Source: an uncultured Polaromonas sp.
Lineage (GTDB): Bacteria > Pseudomonadota > Gammaproteobacteria > Burkholderiales > Burkholderiaceae_C
Direction: 5' to 3'
DNA: 30,826 nt
NCBI GenBank assembly: GCA_965365965.1
Contig: CBDUEA010000001.1
Location: forward strand, 1 to 30,826
The notes beneath the pieces were generated by a model, which did no database searches, was not told where the DNA came from, and saw only the letters and a list, made by a program, of their open reading frames with translations. The position numbers and the translations under genes are program-made. Positions 9,320 through 19,464 of the stretch are shown here, in pieces. Each line of letters begins with the position of its first letter. The stretch's first letter is position 1.

Positions 9320-9328
9320 AGGTGGTGT

Positions 9329-9967
9329 GTGGACCATAAAAAACAGGCAAAATTAGCCACAGATATTCGGCAAGCCAGCTTGGTAGAGGCGGCTTTGCGC
9401 CTAGCTGCAGATCGAAGTCCCGCTGATATCACAACTGGAGATTTAGCGCAGGCTGTAGGCATCACACAAGGCGCAGTCTTTCGTCACTTTGCCAGCAAGG
9501 AGGCGATCTGGTTGGCTGCTTTGAACTGGGCGACAGATTCGCTCATGCAAAAACTGCAGACAGCAGCTGATCAAGCTTTGTCAACCGAAACACCCACCCC
9601 TAGTGCACTCACAGCACTTGAGGCCGTGTTTATGGCTCATGTCGGCTTTGTGGTTGCGCATCCCGGCGTTCCCCGTGTGATTTTTCAAGAACTACAGCAT
9701 GCACAAGATACAGCGCTGAAAGCATGCGTTCGCATACTCATGCAGCAGTACCGTACCCTAGTGATGCGTTTACTCCAAAACGCAAAAGACCATGAACTAT
9801 TGGCCGATGAAACTGATTTGCAAGCGGCTGCCGTTTTGTTTGTAGGCTCAGTACAAGGCTTGGTTATGCAATCGTTGCTCACGGGTCAGGTACAAGACAT
9901 GCCGTCACAAGCACCTGCTGTTTTTGCAATTTATCTGCGTGGGCTAACACGTAAGGAGACTCCATGA
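9329..9967 (+). CDS. TetR/AcrR family transcriptional regulator
   Basis: N-terminal HTH (ITTGDLAQAVGITQGAVFRHFASKEAIW); GTG start. Confidence 0.93.
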   Translation: MDHKKQAKLATDIRQASLVEAALRLAADRSPADITTGDLAQAVGITQGAVFRHFASKEAIWLAALNWATDSLMQKLQTAADQALSTETPTPSALTALEAVFMAHVGFVVAHPGVPRVIFQELQHAQDTALKACVRILMQQYRTLVMRLLQNAKDHELLADETDLQAAAVLFVGSVQGLVMQSLLTGQVQDMPSQAPAVFAIYLRGLTRKETP

Positions 9968-11181
9968 AAATAAACTCTGTAATCGTTCGACGCATAGGTT
10001 TGGGTGCGCTTGCACTGATGTTTTTGGGCGCATTGGCGTATGTTGCCATCAACTCTGGTCCACTAGCTCCCATCAAAGTTACAGTTGCATCAGTCCAAGA
10101 GGGTCGTCTCCAGCCTTCGATTTTTGGAATTGGTACCGTAGAGGCAAGAAAAAGCTGGATGGTTGGGCCTATCGCGCCAGGAAGAGTTCTCAGCGTGAAG
10201 GCGGATAGTGGCGATGCGGTCAAATCAGGGCAGTTGCTAGCTGAGATGGATCCCGTCGATCTGGATCAACGCCTCATGGCTTTAGATGCAGCATTAGCCC
10301 GCGCGGGTAGTGCACAACTCGCCGCTCAAGCGCAAGTGGCAGATGCAACAGCACGACGTGAATTGGCCAACATCAATGCCAAAAGAAATCAAGAGTTAGC
10401 TGCACAAAATTTTATCAGTGCCGGTGCGTTGGAAGCAAAATTGCAGGAAAAAGTGTCAGCTAATGCGGCATTGCAAGTAACTCAAGCCAATTTAAGCGGT
10501 GCAGGTCAAGACCTCGCACGTCAACGCGCTGAACGTGCCGCTTTAGCTATGCAACGCGGCAATGTACGCTTGCTGGCACCGGCAGATGGCGTCGTTACCA
10601 GCAGAGACGCTGAAGTTGGCGCCACTTTGGTGGCTGGCCAATCTGTGCTACGTATGATCGACCCTTCAAGTCTTTGGATCAAACTAAGGGTCGACCAAGG
10701 CCGCTCTTCTGGACTGGTCGTAGGTTTGAAAGCAAAAATTACGCTGCGCTCTCAACCTAACAAACCTTTGAGTGGTCAAGTTGCTCGTGTTGAGCTGATT
10801 GCTGATAGCGTCACTGAAGAACGCATTGCGCAAATCACGTTTGATACACCACCTGTTGGTGTTTCTGTTGGTGAGCTGGCTGAAGTCACCTTGCGACTGC
10901 CTGAAACCGTATCGTCGTTGTTGGTGCCCAATGCCAGCATTCAACATCAACAGGGGCTGACTGGTATTTGGCGAATTGAAGCTGGCAAACCGCAGTTCAC
11001 CCCCATACGTTTGGGCGTCAACAGTCTTGATGGACAGGTGCAAGTGCTTGGAGGTTTGAAAGCGGGTGACAAGGTTATTGTCTATAGCCAGAAGGCAATT
11101 TCCGAGGATGCTCGTGTTCAGATTGTGGATGCTCTGGTTAAGACAGAGCTTAAAAATAATCTAAAAAGTATATCGCCATGA
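9964..11181 (+). CDS. Periplasmic adaptor / membrane fusion protein (MacA-like)
   Basis: N-terminal TM anchor, lipoyl halves (GDAVKSGQLLA; APADGVV), long alpha hairpin, GLKAGDKVI. ATGA overlap with tetR. Confidence 0.9.
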   Translation: MKINSVIVRRIGLGALALMFLGALAYVAINSGPLAPIKVTVASVQEGRLQPSIFGIGTVEARKSWMVGPIAPGRVLSVKADSGDAVKSGQLLAEMDPVDLDQRLMALDAALARAGSAQLAAQAQVADATARRELANINAKRNQELAAQNFISAGALEAKLQEKVSANAALQVTQANLSGAGQDLARQRAERAALAMQRGNVRLLAPADGVVTSRDAEVGATLVAGQSVLRMIDPSSLWIKLRVDQGRSSGLVVGLKAKITLRSQPNKPLSGQVARVELIADSVTEERIAQITFDTPPVGVSVGELAEVTLRLPETVSSLLVPNASIQHQQGLTGIWRIEAGKPQFTPIRLGVNSLDGQVQVLGGLKAGDKVIVYSQKAISEDARVQIVDALVKTELKNNLKSISP

Positions 11182-12371
11182 TCAATCTCGCTGGCCGTGA
11201 CATCGCACACAGTTGGGGCAAGTTCGTGCTGACTGGCTTGGGCTTGGGTCTATTGATCGGAGTAACGCTAACCATGGCCGGCGTCTATCGTGGCATGGTG
11301 GACGATGCACATGCGCTACTCAACAACAGCCGAGCTGACTTATGGGTGGTACAGAAAGACACGCAAGGCCCCTATGCTGAAGCTTCAAGCCTAAAAGATG
11401 ATGTTGTGCGTAGTTTGCTGGGCATGCCCGGCGTGGCGCGAGCGGCAAATGTGACCTATTTCACCATGCAAGTGCAAGGGCATGATGGCAATGACGCTCG
11501 GGCGATGGTGGTTGGTATTGAACCGGGCGAGCCTGGAGAACCGGGCTACTTGTTGGCAGGTCGCCAGATCACGCGCAGCCATTACGAAGCTGTGGCAGAC
11601 ATTAAAACTGGTTTTGAGTTGGGTGAGCGCATCCGTATTCGACGCCATGATTACACGGTGGTAGGTCTTACCCAACGCATGGTTTCTTCTGGCGGAGACC
11701 CGATGGTATTCATCCCTCTTAAAGATGCGCAAGAGGCACAATTTCTAAAGGATAACGATGCGATTGTCAACGACCGTAACCGAACAGCTGCTAACCCGGC
11801 CTTCAATCGACCTGCTGTTCCTGGCTTACTTGATGCCGTTCAATCCTTGCAGACCAGTAGCCACAATGTGAACGCTGTTTTGGTTCAACTTGTGCCTGGT
11901 TCGGACCCAGATCAGGTGGCCAGCCCGATTCGCCGGTGGAAGCATTTGCAGGTTTACACGCGTGCAGGAATGGAAGAGATTTTGGTGTCCAAACTGATTG
12001 CTACTGCAGCAAAACAGATTTTCATGTTTTTGGTCATTCTTGCCATCGTCAGTGCAGCTATCGTAGCCTTCATCATCTACACCATGACGCTGGGTAAGAT
12101 TCGTGAAATTGCCGTTTTGAAGTTGATCGGTACGCGGAACATCACGATTGCCAGCATGATTTTGCAGCAAGCTTTGGGCCTGGGACTGATTGGATTCGTG
12201 GTTGGCAAGGTGGCTGCCACTATCTGGGCACCTGTGTTTCCTAAATTTGTACTGCTACTCACGCAAGATGCGATTACCGGATTAGTCGTCACCTTGCTGA
12301 TTTGTGCTTTGGCCAGTACCTTGGCTATCCGGGCTGCCCTCAAAGTTGACCCTGCAGAGGCCATTGGATAA
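11178..12371 (+). CDS. MacB/FtsX-like ABC transporter permease
   Basis: One TM, large periplasmic domain, then three TMs; KIREIAVLKLIG motif. ATGA overlap with the adaptor gene. Confidence 0.92.
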   Translation: MINLAGRDIAHSWGKFVLTGLGLGLLIGVTLTMAGVYRGMVDDAHALLNNSRADLWVVQKDTQGPYAEASSLKDDVVRSLLGMPGVARAANVTYFTMQVQGHDGNDARAMVVGIEPGEPGEPGYLLAGRQITRSHYEAVADIKTGFELGERIRIRRHDYTVVGLTQRMVSSGGDPMVFIPLKDAQEAQFLKDNDAIVNDRNRTAANPAFNRPAVPGLLDAVQSLQTSSHNVNAVLVQLVPGSDPDQVASPIRRWKHLQVYTRAGMEEILVSKLIATAAKQIFMFLVILAIVSAAIVAFIIYTMTLGKIREIAVLKLIGTRNITIASMILQQALGLGLIGFVVGKVAATIWAPVFPKFVLLLTQDAITGLVVTLLICALASTLAIRAALKVDPAEAIG

Positions 12372-12376
12372 CGATT

Positions 12377-13102
12377 ATGAAAAATCAGCTCAACACAGCT
12401 CTAGGTGGTATTCGAATTGAAGGTCTGCGCAAAGTTTATGGCCATGGAGACACGGCTGTCGAGGCGCTTAAAAACGTCAATATGACGGTAGGCCCAGGTG
12501 AGGTTGTCGGCTTGGTTGGACCATCGGGATCGGGTAAAAGTACACTTCTCAAATGCTTAGGTGCCATCATTGAACCCACATCAGGCCGAATGACATTAGG
12601 CAATGATGTTATTTATGATAATGGTTGGACGACTTCAGACTTGCGTGCTTTAAGACGAGACCGCATCGGATTTGTGTTTCAAGCACCCTACCTCATTCCG
12701 TTTCTTGACGTGACAGACAACGTTGCTCTGCTACCGATGCTGGCTGGCATGCCAAATGCACAAGCTAGAGTTCGTGCGCTGGAGTTACTGACGGCTTTGG
12801 ATGTGGCGCATCGAGCCAAAGCCAGCCCATCACAACTCTCTGGTGGAGAACAACAACGCATTTCTATTGCGCGAGCGCTGGCAAATCGTCCACCCGTCAT
12901 TTTGGCCGATGAGCCCACAGCACCACTGGACAGTGAACGTGCACTGGCAGTGATGCGCATTTTGAATCAAATGGCTCAACAATCACAAACCGCCATTATT
13001 GTGGTGACGCATGACGAAAAGATCATCCCCACGTTTAAACGGATCTATCACATACGCGATGGTCAAACGATTGAGGAAGCTGGCGAAGGAAGAAGTCTTT
13101 AG
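12377..13102 (+). CDS. ABC ATP-binding protein (LolD/MacB-type)
   Basis: Walker A GPSGSGKST, signature LSGGEQQR, Walker B ILADEP, H-loop VTHD. Confidence 0.95.
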   Translation: MKNQLNTALGGIRIEGLRKVYGHGDTAVEALKNVNMTVGPGEVVGLVGPSGSGKSTLLKCLGAIIEPTSGRMTLGNDVIYDNGWTTSDLRALRRDRIGFVFQAPYLIPFLDVTDNVALLPMLAGMPNAQARVRALELLTALDVAHRAKASPSQLSGGEQQRISIARALANRPPVILADEPTAPLDSERALAVMRILNQMAQQSQTAIIVVTHDEKIIPTFKRIYHIRDGQTIEEAGEGRSL

Positions 13103-13105
13103 ACT

Positions 13106-13396
13106 TTAAACGCCATCAACAATCACTACCGTGCGGTTGGCTGATTGTTCGCTGATTTTTAAGACCTCTTGATACGCCGTGTCGTTGTAAAACTTCTCTG
13201 CTTGCTCTTTGGATGGAAACTTGACCACGACCATCCGCGTTGGCGTCCACAGTTTGTTTTCTTTCACGCTCATCGCACCACCACGTACCAAATATTCACC
13301 ACCAAATTTTTCAGCGATGGGTTTGGCGCGAAGTTTATAGCTCTCGTACAACTCTGGATTGAATAGTTCACTATCCACAATGAGGTAGGCTGTCAT
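13106..13396 (-). CDS. DUF1330 domain protein
   Basis: YESYK...FGGEYLVRGG...RMVVVKFPS...FYND..YQ pattern of the family. Confidence 0.85.
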   Translation of the reverse strand: MTAYLIVDSELFNPELYESYKLRAKPIAEKFGGEYLVRGGAMSVKENKLWTPTRMVVVKFPSKEQAEKFYNDTAYQEVLKISEQSANRTVVIVDGV

Positions 13397-13496
13397 AGAG
13401 TTCCTCTAATTTATTTATAAATGTCTAATGGTTAAAGGGATCGTTGATGAGTTGCTAAGTGTAATAGCGCACAATCAGCACACCCAGGAGGTGATT

Positions 13497-14690
13497 TTGA
13501 CTGAACCAACTATAGCCCAAGAAGACTTGATGGATGCAGACCCTGCAACCAGCCTAAAACCTGAAACAATAACGCTTACCGAGCAACAGCGTTTGCTTCT
13601 TCACATGGCGGTCGATATTCGGAGTGCCTCGCTGGTAATTCTGGCGGCACTGGCGTGTATTTTCATGCTGAGGTGGGCAAGTGCCGTCTTTATCCCGGTG
13701 ATGGTAGGAATCTTGTTCAGCTACGGCTTGTCGCCGGTGGTGGACTGGTTGGCCCTGCGCCGGATTCCGCGTGCACTGAGTGCCGCCCTGCTGGTCGTCG
13801 GGATTGTGTTTGGGGTTGGTGCGACCGTCTACTCACTAAGTGACGATGCGGGTAAATTGGTTGAGTCGCTGCCGGTGGCGGCTCAGAAACTGCGTGATGC
13901 AGTTCGTAAACAACGTGGCAAGACGGACACGCTGGCAACCATGCAGAAAGCAGCCACGCAGCTTGAGCAAGCGGCGGAAGAGGCCAACCGAGCCGCCCCT
14001 GTGAACCGTGGTGTACAGCGAGTGCAGATTGAAAAACCAAAATTTGATCTCAAAGACTATTTGTGGACCGGCACCATGGGCTTGGTAGGCATGCTGGGAC
14101 AGATTGGCACGGTTTCCCTGATTACTTTTTTCCTCATGGCTTCGGGTGACACCTTCAGACGTAAACTGGTCAAGTTGGCGGGGCCGACACTGAGCCGCAA
14201 AAAAATCACCCTGCAGGCATTGAATGAAATCAATGCACAAATCCAACGTTACATGGTTGTGCAAATCTTCACCAGCGGGGTGGTAGGCGTGGCAACCTGG
14301 CTGTGCTTTTGGGCTATCGGGCTTGAAAACGCAGCCGTCTGGGGGATTGCTGCCGGTGTGCTCAACCTGGTACCTTATATTGGCAGTGTGCTGGTCACTG
14401 CTGGCTCGGCCATGGTCGGCTTCATGCAATTTGGCACCCTAGACATGGCCTTGCTGGTGGCTGGCATCTCGTTGCTCATCAACAGCTTGGAAGGATTCTT
14501 GCTAACCCCGTGGCTAACCAGCCGTGCCAGCAAGATGAACCCTGTAGCCATTTTTGTCGGCGTATTGGCCTGGGGTTGGCTCTGGGGCGCTTGGGGTTTG
14601 TTGCTTGGCGTACCGATTTTGATGGTCGTCAAAGCCATTTGCGACCGGGTGGATGACCTCAAGCCAGTGGGAGAGTTGCTGGGGGATTGA
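13497..14690 (+). CDS. AI-2E (PerM/TqsA-like) family transporter
   Basis: LNLVPYIG, EGFLLTPWL, GWLWGAWGLLLGVPI. Start chosen at TTG 13497 because AGGAGG lies at 13486-13491; the ORF track gives 13428. Confidence 0.9.
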   Translation: MTEPTIAQEDLMDADPATSLKPETITLTEQQRLLLHMAVDIRSASLVILAALACIFMLRWASAVFIPVMVGILFSYGLSPVVDWLALRRIPRALSAALLVVGIVFGVGATVYSLSDDAGKLVESLPVAAQKLRDAVRKQRGKTDTLATMQKAATQLEQAAEEANRAAPVNRGVQRVQIEKPKFDLKDYLWTGTMGLVGMLGQIGTVSLITFFLMASGDTFRRKLVKLAGPTLSRKKITLQALNEINAQIQRYMVVQIFTSGVVGVATWLCFWAIGLENAAVWGIAAGVLNLVPYIGSVLVTAGSAMVGFMQFGTLDMALLVAGISLLINSLEGFLLTPWLTSRASKMNPVAIFVGVLAWGWLWGAWGLLLGVPILMVVKAICDRVDDLKPVGELLGD

Positions 14691-14760
14691 TCTTTAATGC
14701 GCGTAACTGAGTGTTAATAAGAGATTTGGCCGTTATTGAGAGTCAAGTAGCAAAATTAGC

Positions 14761-15873
14761 CTAGGCTGCCAACATCTGGGCCACTTTTTGCCCAATCGCC
14801 AGCGGGCTGGTTAAACCTGGCGACTCGATGCCAAACAAGTTGACCAAGCCTGCCACACCATGCTCTCTAGGACCTTGAATCATGAAGTCTTTGGCGGCCT
14901 CATGCTGGGCGTTGATTTTGGGGCGTATGCCGGCGTAGCCTTCAATCAGAGCACCGTCTTGCAATTGTGGCCAATATTTGCGGACTTCGGCATAAAAAGC
15001 ATCTCCGCGACTGGGGTCGACCACCAAATTCTCGGCAGATTCAACCCATTGGGTGTCTGGGCCAAATTTTGCCTGGCCTCCCAAATCCAGCGTCAAATGC
15101 ACCCCAAGACCAGCAGCTTCGGGCACAGGGTAAATCAATCGACTGAACGGCGATCGACCGCTCAAGGTGAAATAGTTGCCTTTGCAGTAAAACTCGGGCG
15201 GTACAAAAGACGGATCTAAACCCTGAATACGCCGCGCCAATGTAGGCGCGTGCAAACCGGCGGCGTTGATGACCGTGCTTGCCTCCAATTCCGTACCATC
15301 TAATGCTACTATTTGAATAGCATCTTTGACATAAGATACGCCGGCTACAGCCGAATTTAGTACCACCATCCCGCCTGCATTCTCCAAATCACCTTGCAGC
15401 GCCAGCATCAGCGCGTGGCTATCCACAATACCCGTGCTGGGTGAGTGGACGGCGGCCACACATTCAAGTTCTGGTTCCAAGGTACTAGCCTGTTCGCGAC
15501 TCAGCATCACCAAATCTTGTACGCCATTGGCAGCAGCTTTGGCAATAATGCCTTGTAACTGAGCGACCTGATCTTCATTGGTTGCAACAATCAGCTTGCC
15601 GCAGCGTTTGTAGCCAATGCCGCGTTTTTCGCAATAGTCGTAAAGCATTGCCCTGCCCTGCACGCAAAGCGCTGCTTTCAGTGAACCTTGCGGGTAATAA
15701 ATACCGGCGTGGATGACCTCACTGTTGCGCGAGCTGGTTCCAGTGCCGATGGCGTTGGCGGCCTCCAAAACCATGACTTCTCGTCCCGCAAATTGAGGCG
15801 ACAGAGCCATGGCACGTGCTACAGCAAGACCGACGGCACCTGCACCAATGACAACACAATCAATCTTTTCCAT
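14761..15873 (-). CDS. FAD-dependent oxidoreductase, L-2-hydroxyglutarate dehydrogenase (LhgO)-like
   Basis: [39 protein letters not shown] 15873 (MEKID) avoids overlap with the upstream permease. Confidence 0.88.
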   Translation of the reverse strand: MEKIDCVVIGAGAVGLAVARAMALSPQFAGREVMVLEAANAIGTGTSSRNSEVIHAGIYYPQGSLKAALCVQGRAMLYDYCEKRGIGYKRCGKLIVATNEDQVAQLQGIIAKAAANGVQDLVMLSREQASTLEPELECVAAVHSPSTGIVDSHALMLALQGDLENAGGMVVLNSAVAGVSYVKDAIQIVALDGTELEASTVINAAGLHAPTLARRIQGLDPSFVPPEFYCKGNYFTLSGRSPFSRLIYPVPEAAGLGVHLTLDLGGQAKFGPDTQWVESAENLVVDPSRGDAFYAEVRKYWPQLQDGALIEGYAGIRPKINAQHEAAKDFMIQGPREHGVAGLVNLFGIESPGLTSPLAIGQKVAQMLAA

Positions 15874-15893
15874 GCTCGAATTGTGCCCTACTA

Positions 15894-17192
15894 TCAGCTC
15901 TTCTTTGGTCCAAACAGACCAAGTAGCCAATACAGACCAATCGCTCCAAAAGTAGCGGTTCCGATGCCACCGAGTGCAAAACCACCAAATTTGAGCGTGA
16001 AATCACCTGTGCCCAAAATCAAGGTAACAGCGGCCACGATCAAATTGCGGTTGTTTGAAAAGTCTACTTTGTTGTCGACCCAAATTTTTGCACCCGCAAT
16101 AGCAATCAACCCAAACACAACAATACTGACGCCGCCCATGACAGGCAGGGGTATGGTCTGAATGACTGCACCGAATTTAGGTGAGAAACCTAAAGCCAAG
16201 GCGATCAAACCTGCCACAAAAAACATGGCCGTTGAGTAGATTTTGGTAGCCGCCATGACGCCAATGTTTTCCGCATAGGTGGTCACACCCGTACCGCCTG
16301 CGGCACCGCTCACCATCGTAGCCATGCCGTCACCGATAAAGGCTCTGCCCATGTATTGGTCTAAATTGCGCCCCGTCATGGCAGTCACGGCTTTAATGTG
16401 GCCTAAGTTTTCCGCCACTAATATGATAGCAACAGGTGCAATCAGCAGCATAGCGTTAGCGTTGAACACAGGGGAAGAAAAGTTGGGCATACCGATCCAA
16501 GCAGCATTCATCAAGCCTGAGAAATCCATTGGTTTACCCAGACCCATACCGTTTGTTAGCGCGGCGTAAATCAAACTGGCAATGATCAAGCCGACCAAAA
16601 TCAAAAGTCGTTGCACCATACCTTTGGTGGCAACGGCTACCAAGCCGACGCTGACAAAGGTGACCACTTGCATCCAAGCATCAAAATTGCCTGCTGCCAT
16701 GTTTTTGACGGGAATACTGGCCAAGTTCAAGCCAATCACTGCGACCACCGCGCCTGTCACCACGGGCGGCATCAGCCGCTCAATCCAGCCAGTACCAATA
16801 GCTTGCACTATCAAGCCAATCAACACATATACAGCACCGCAGGCAATGATTCCGCCCAAAGCTATACCTAGGTTGGCATTTGGACCTTTGCCAGCGTAGG
16901 CAGTTGCGGCTATCACCACACCAATAAATGCAAAACTAGAGCCTAAATAGCTAGGAACTTTGCCACCTGTGATGATGAAGAACATCAAGGTGCCGACACC
17001 GCTCATTAAAATGGCAATATTTGGATCAAACCCCATCAAAATCGGTGCGAGCACGGTTGAACCAAACATCGCAATGACATGTTGTACGCCCAATACGGTC
17101 GTTTGCCCCCATGGAAGGCGCTCGTCTGGCGCGATGACACCTCAACCCGCTAAGGTAGAGGCAGGTTTTTCCGTCCAACTGAATAATCCCAT
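15894..17192 (-). pseudogene. Nucleobase:cation symporter-2 uracil/pyrimidine permease (RutG/UraA-like) with an in-frame TGA at codon 17
   Basis: ATG 17192 with SD AGAGGAG reads MGLFSWTEKPASTLAG*GVIAPDERLPWGQTTVLGVQHVIAMFG... in the same frame as the ORF-track product. NCS2 motifs QH, AENLGH and TTYAENIGV are present. The stop at 17142-17144 could be a real mutation or a sequencing error. Confidence 0.75.
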
Positions 17193-17339
17193 CGACAACT
17201 CCTCTAAAGTAAATAGACTAAATGCAAGCATCCTAGGTGGGATGTTGAAATACATTATGCGGGTAAACCTTAGTGAACTTGATATACCTTCGTTCTGTAA
17301 AACAAACAAAAATAACGCAATTCATCTTAATATCTACAC

Positions 17340-18014
17340 ATGACAAATTCGACCTCCTCTATGAAAAGCTTTCACCAATACCCACAACTTTATGTGCTGG
17401 AGCATCCACTGGTGCAACACAAACTCAGTCACATGCGTGACGTGCGAACCTCGACGCGCACCTTCCGCCAGTTGTTGCGTGAGCTGACATTGCTGATGGG
17501 GTACGAAATCACGCGTGACCTACCGCTAACAACAGAGCGCATCATGACCCCATTAATAGAAATGGATGCACCTGTCATTGCCGGGAAAAAAATTGCCATC
17601 GTTCCTGTTTTACGCGCAGGTTTGGGTATGGCAGAAGGGCTGATGGATTTGATACCTTCTGCACGCCAAGGCCACATTGGTATGTACCGTGGACCGGATC
17701 ATAGACCTGTGGAATATTACGTGCGACTGCCTGAAATTGAGGGTCGCATCTTCATTGTTTGCGACCCGATGCTGGCAACAGGTTACTCTGCGGTTGGCGC
17801 CGTTAATATTTTGATAAGCCGCGGTGTTGCACCTGAAAATATTCGGTTTTTAGCATTGGTGGCAGCACCAGAAGGCGTTAAAGTTTTTCATTCAGCACAT
17901 CCAACTGTACCCGTTTATGTCGCTGGTTTAGATTCGCACTTGAACGAAAAAGCATACATCGTACCTGGCTTGGGTGATGCCGGTGATCGAATTTTTGGCA
18001 CCAAACACGAATAA
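17340..18014 (+). CDS. upp: Uracil phosphoribosyltransferase
   Basis: [19 protein letters not shown]-binding [24 protein letters not shown]. Start may be ATG 17361. Confidence 0.97.
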   Translation: MTNSTSSMKSFHQYPQLYVLEHPLVQHKLSHMRDVRTSTRTFRQLLRELTLLMGYEITRDLPLTTERIMTPLIEMDAPVIAGKKIAIVPVLRAGLGMAEGLMDLIPSARQGHIGMYRGPDHRPVEYYVRLPEIEGRIFIVCDPMLATGYSAVGAVNILISRGVAPENIRFLALVAAPEGVKVFHSAHPTVPVYVAGLDSHLNEKAYIVPGLGDAGDRIFGTKHE

Positions 18015-18027
18015 AAAGATTTTCGAG

Positions 18028-19464
18028 TTATTTACTGTTAGCCCAACCACCACCCAAAGTTTTGTAAAGTGTGACCTGACTCTGTGATAACGCTAATCGA
18101 GTTTGAACAACAGCTTGTTGAGCCGCAAATAACGAACGCTGGGCATCAAGCAAATCTAAAGAACTCGAAACCCCTTGTTGGTAACGTAAATCTGATAATT
18201 TAAAGCGAACTTCTTCAGCATTGGTTTGAGCTTGTTGAGAACGCAATTGTTCGGCTAGAGTAGACCGTGTAACAAGTGCATCAGCTACTTCTCGAAAAGC
18301 GGTTTGAATCGTTTTGTCATATTGATTCAAAGCAATATCGCGTGCAACCTTCGCTGAGTCTAATCCTGACTGATTTCTACCAGCATCAAAAATTGGTAAA
18401 AGCAATTGCGGAGCCAAGGTCCAGCCCCAAGAACCGTTTTTCAATAAACCTGAAAGCTGACTACTGATACTGCCAGCGCCCACAGTTAGAGAAATTCTTG
18501 GGAAAAATGCTGCGCGAGCTGCACCAATGTTGGCATTAGAGGCCAACAATAACTGTTCGGCTTGTTGGATGTCAGGTCTATTGACAATTAAATCTGAAGG
18601 CAAACCCGCAGGTATATTCTCCATATTCAGCGCATCATTCACTGCAGCAACTTTTGCAGGAGTGTTGGATAAAATTCCTGACAATTCCTTATCTAAAGGC
18701 TGACCAACCAACAAGACCAACGCATTTTCATCTAAAGCACGCTGACGCGTTTGCTGTGCAAAGGCTATTCGAGCCGTCTCTAACAGCGATTCTGCTAAGC
18801 GAAATTCAACCTCAGAACTTACCCCATTCTCAAATCGAAGTTGACTTAGTTTGAAGGATGCTTGACGCGACACCAGTGTCTTACGTGTAATTTCAATCAA
18901 TGCATCATCTGCCAGAATATTCAGATAGGTATTCGCCACAGAAGCAATCAAATTAATTTGTGCCGTTTTTCGTCCCTCTTCTGTCGCTAAATATTGCGCC
19001 AAGGCGACTTCTTTTAAGCTGTTGATGCGTCCAAAAAAATCTAACTCATACGCGGTAACTGCTAATCCGACGTTGTACAAATTTGTACTACTGCCGTTTG
19101 CTGCTGGAGTACGAGATCCATTTAATACAGCACTCACGCTTGGAAATTGATCCGCACGTTTGATTTGATACTGGGCTTTCGCCAGCTCAATGTTCAGTAC
19201 GGCGATACGGAGATCGCGGTTACTGATCAAAGACCGTTCAATTAATTGTTTGAGTTTGATATCTGTAAAAAAATTCTGCCAAACTAGATCGGTGACCTGA
19301 GATTTAGCCACTGAAACCAACTCATTCGAGTTTGATTTTATGTAGTCAGGAAAACTTTCCGACACTGGGAGCGCAGGACGCTCGTAAGTGGGAACCATGG
19401 AGCAACCCGTAGTTAACAAAACGACGCTTGTCGCAAGAAGTTTGTGAAAGTTATATTTACGCAT
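18028..19464 (-). CDS. Efflux outer-membrane factor lipoprotein (OprM/NodT-like)
   Basis: Lipobox LLTTGC; YELDFFGR, RPDIQQAEQLL, ARAAFFPRISL, LYKTLGGGW. ATG 19464 overlaps the RND stop by 8 nt. Confidence 0.94.
   Translation of the reverse strand: MRKYNFHKLLATSVVLLTTGCSMVPTYERPALPVSESFPDYIKSNSNELVSVAKSQVTDLVWQNFFTDIKLKQLIERSLISNRDLRIAVLNIELAKAQYQIKRADQFPSVSAVLNGSRTPAANGSSTNLYNVGLAVTAYELDFFGRINSLKEVALAQYLATEEGRKTAQINLIASVANTYLNILADDALIEITRKTLVSRQASFKLSQLRFENGVSSEVEFRLAESLLETARIAFAQQTRQRALDENALVLLVGQPLDKELSGILSNTPAKVAAVNDALNMENIPAGLPSDLIVNRPDIQQAEQLLLASNANIGAARAAFFPRISLTVGAGSISSQLSGLLKNGSWGWTLAPQLLLPIFDAGRNQSGLDSAKVARDIALNQYDKTIQTAFREVADALVTRSTLAEQLRSQQAQTNAEEVRFKLSDLRYQQGVSSSLDLLDAQRSLFAAQQAVVQTRLALSQSQVTLYKTLGGGWANSK

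Noticed and set aside
17142-17144. Selenocysteine or TGA-to-Gly code reassignment for the permease stop
   Set aside because: TGA ends several genes here (e.g. 3623, 5913, 6685), the position is in a non-catalytic N-terminal tail, and no SECIS-like hairpin could be supported.
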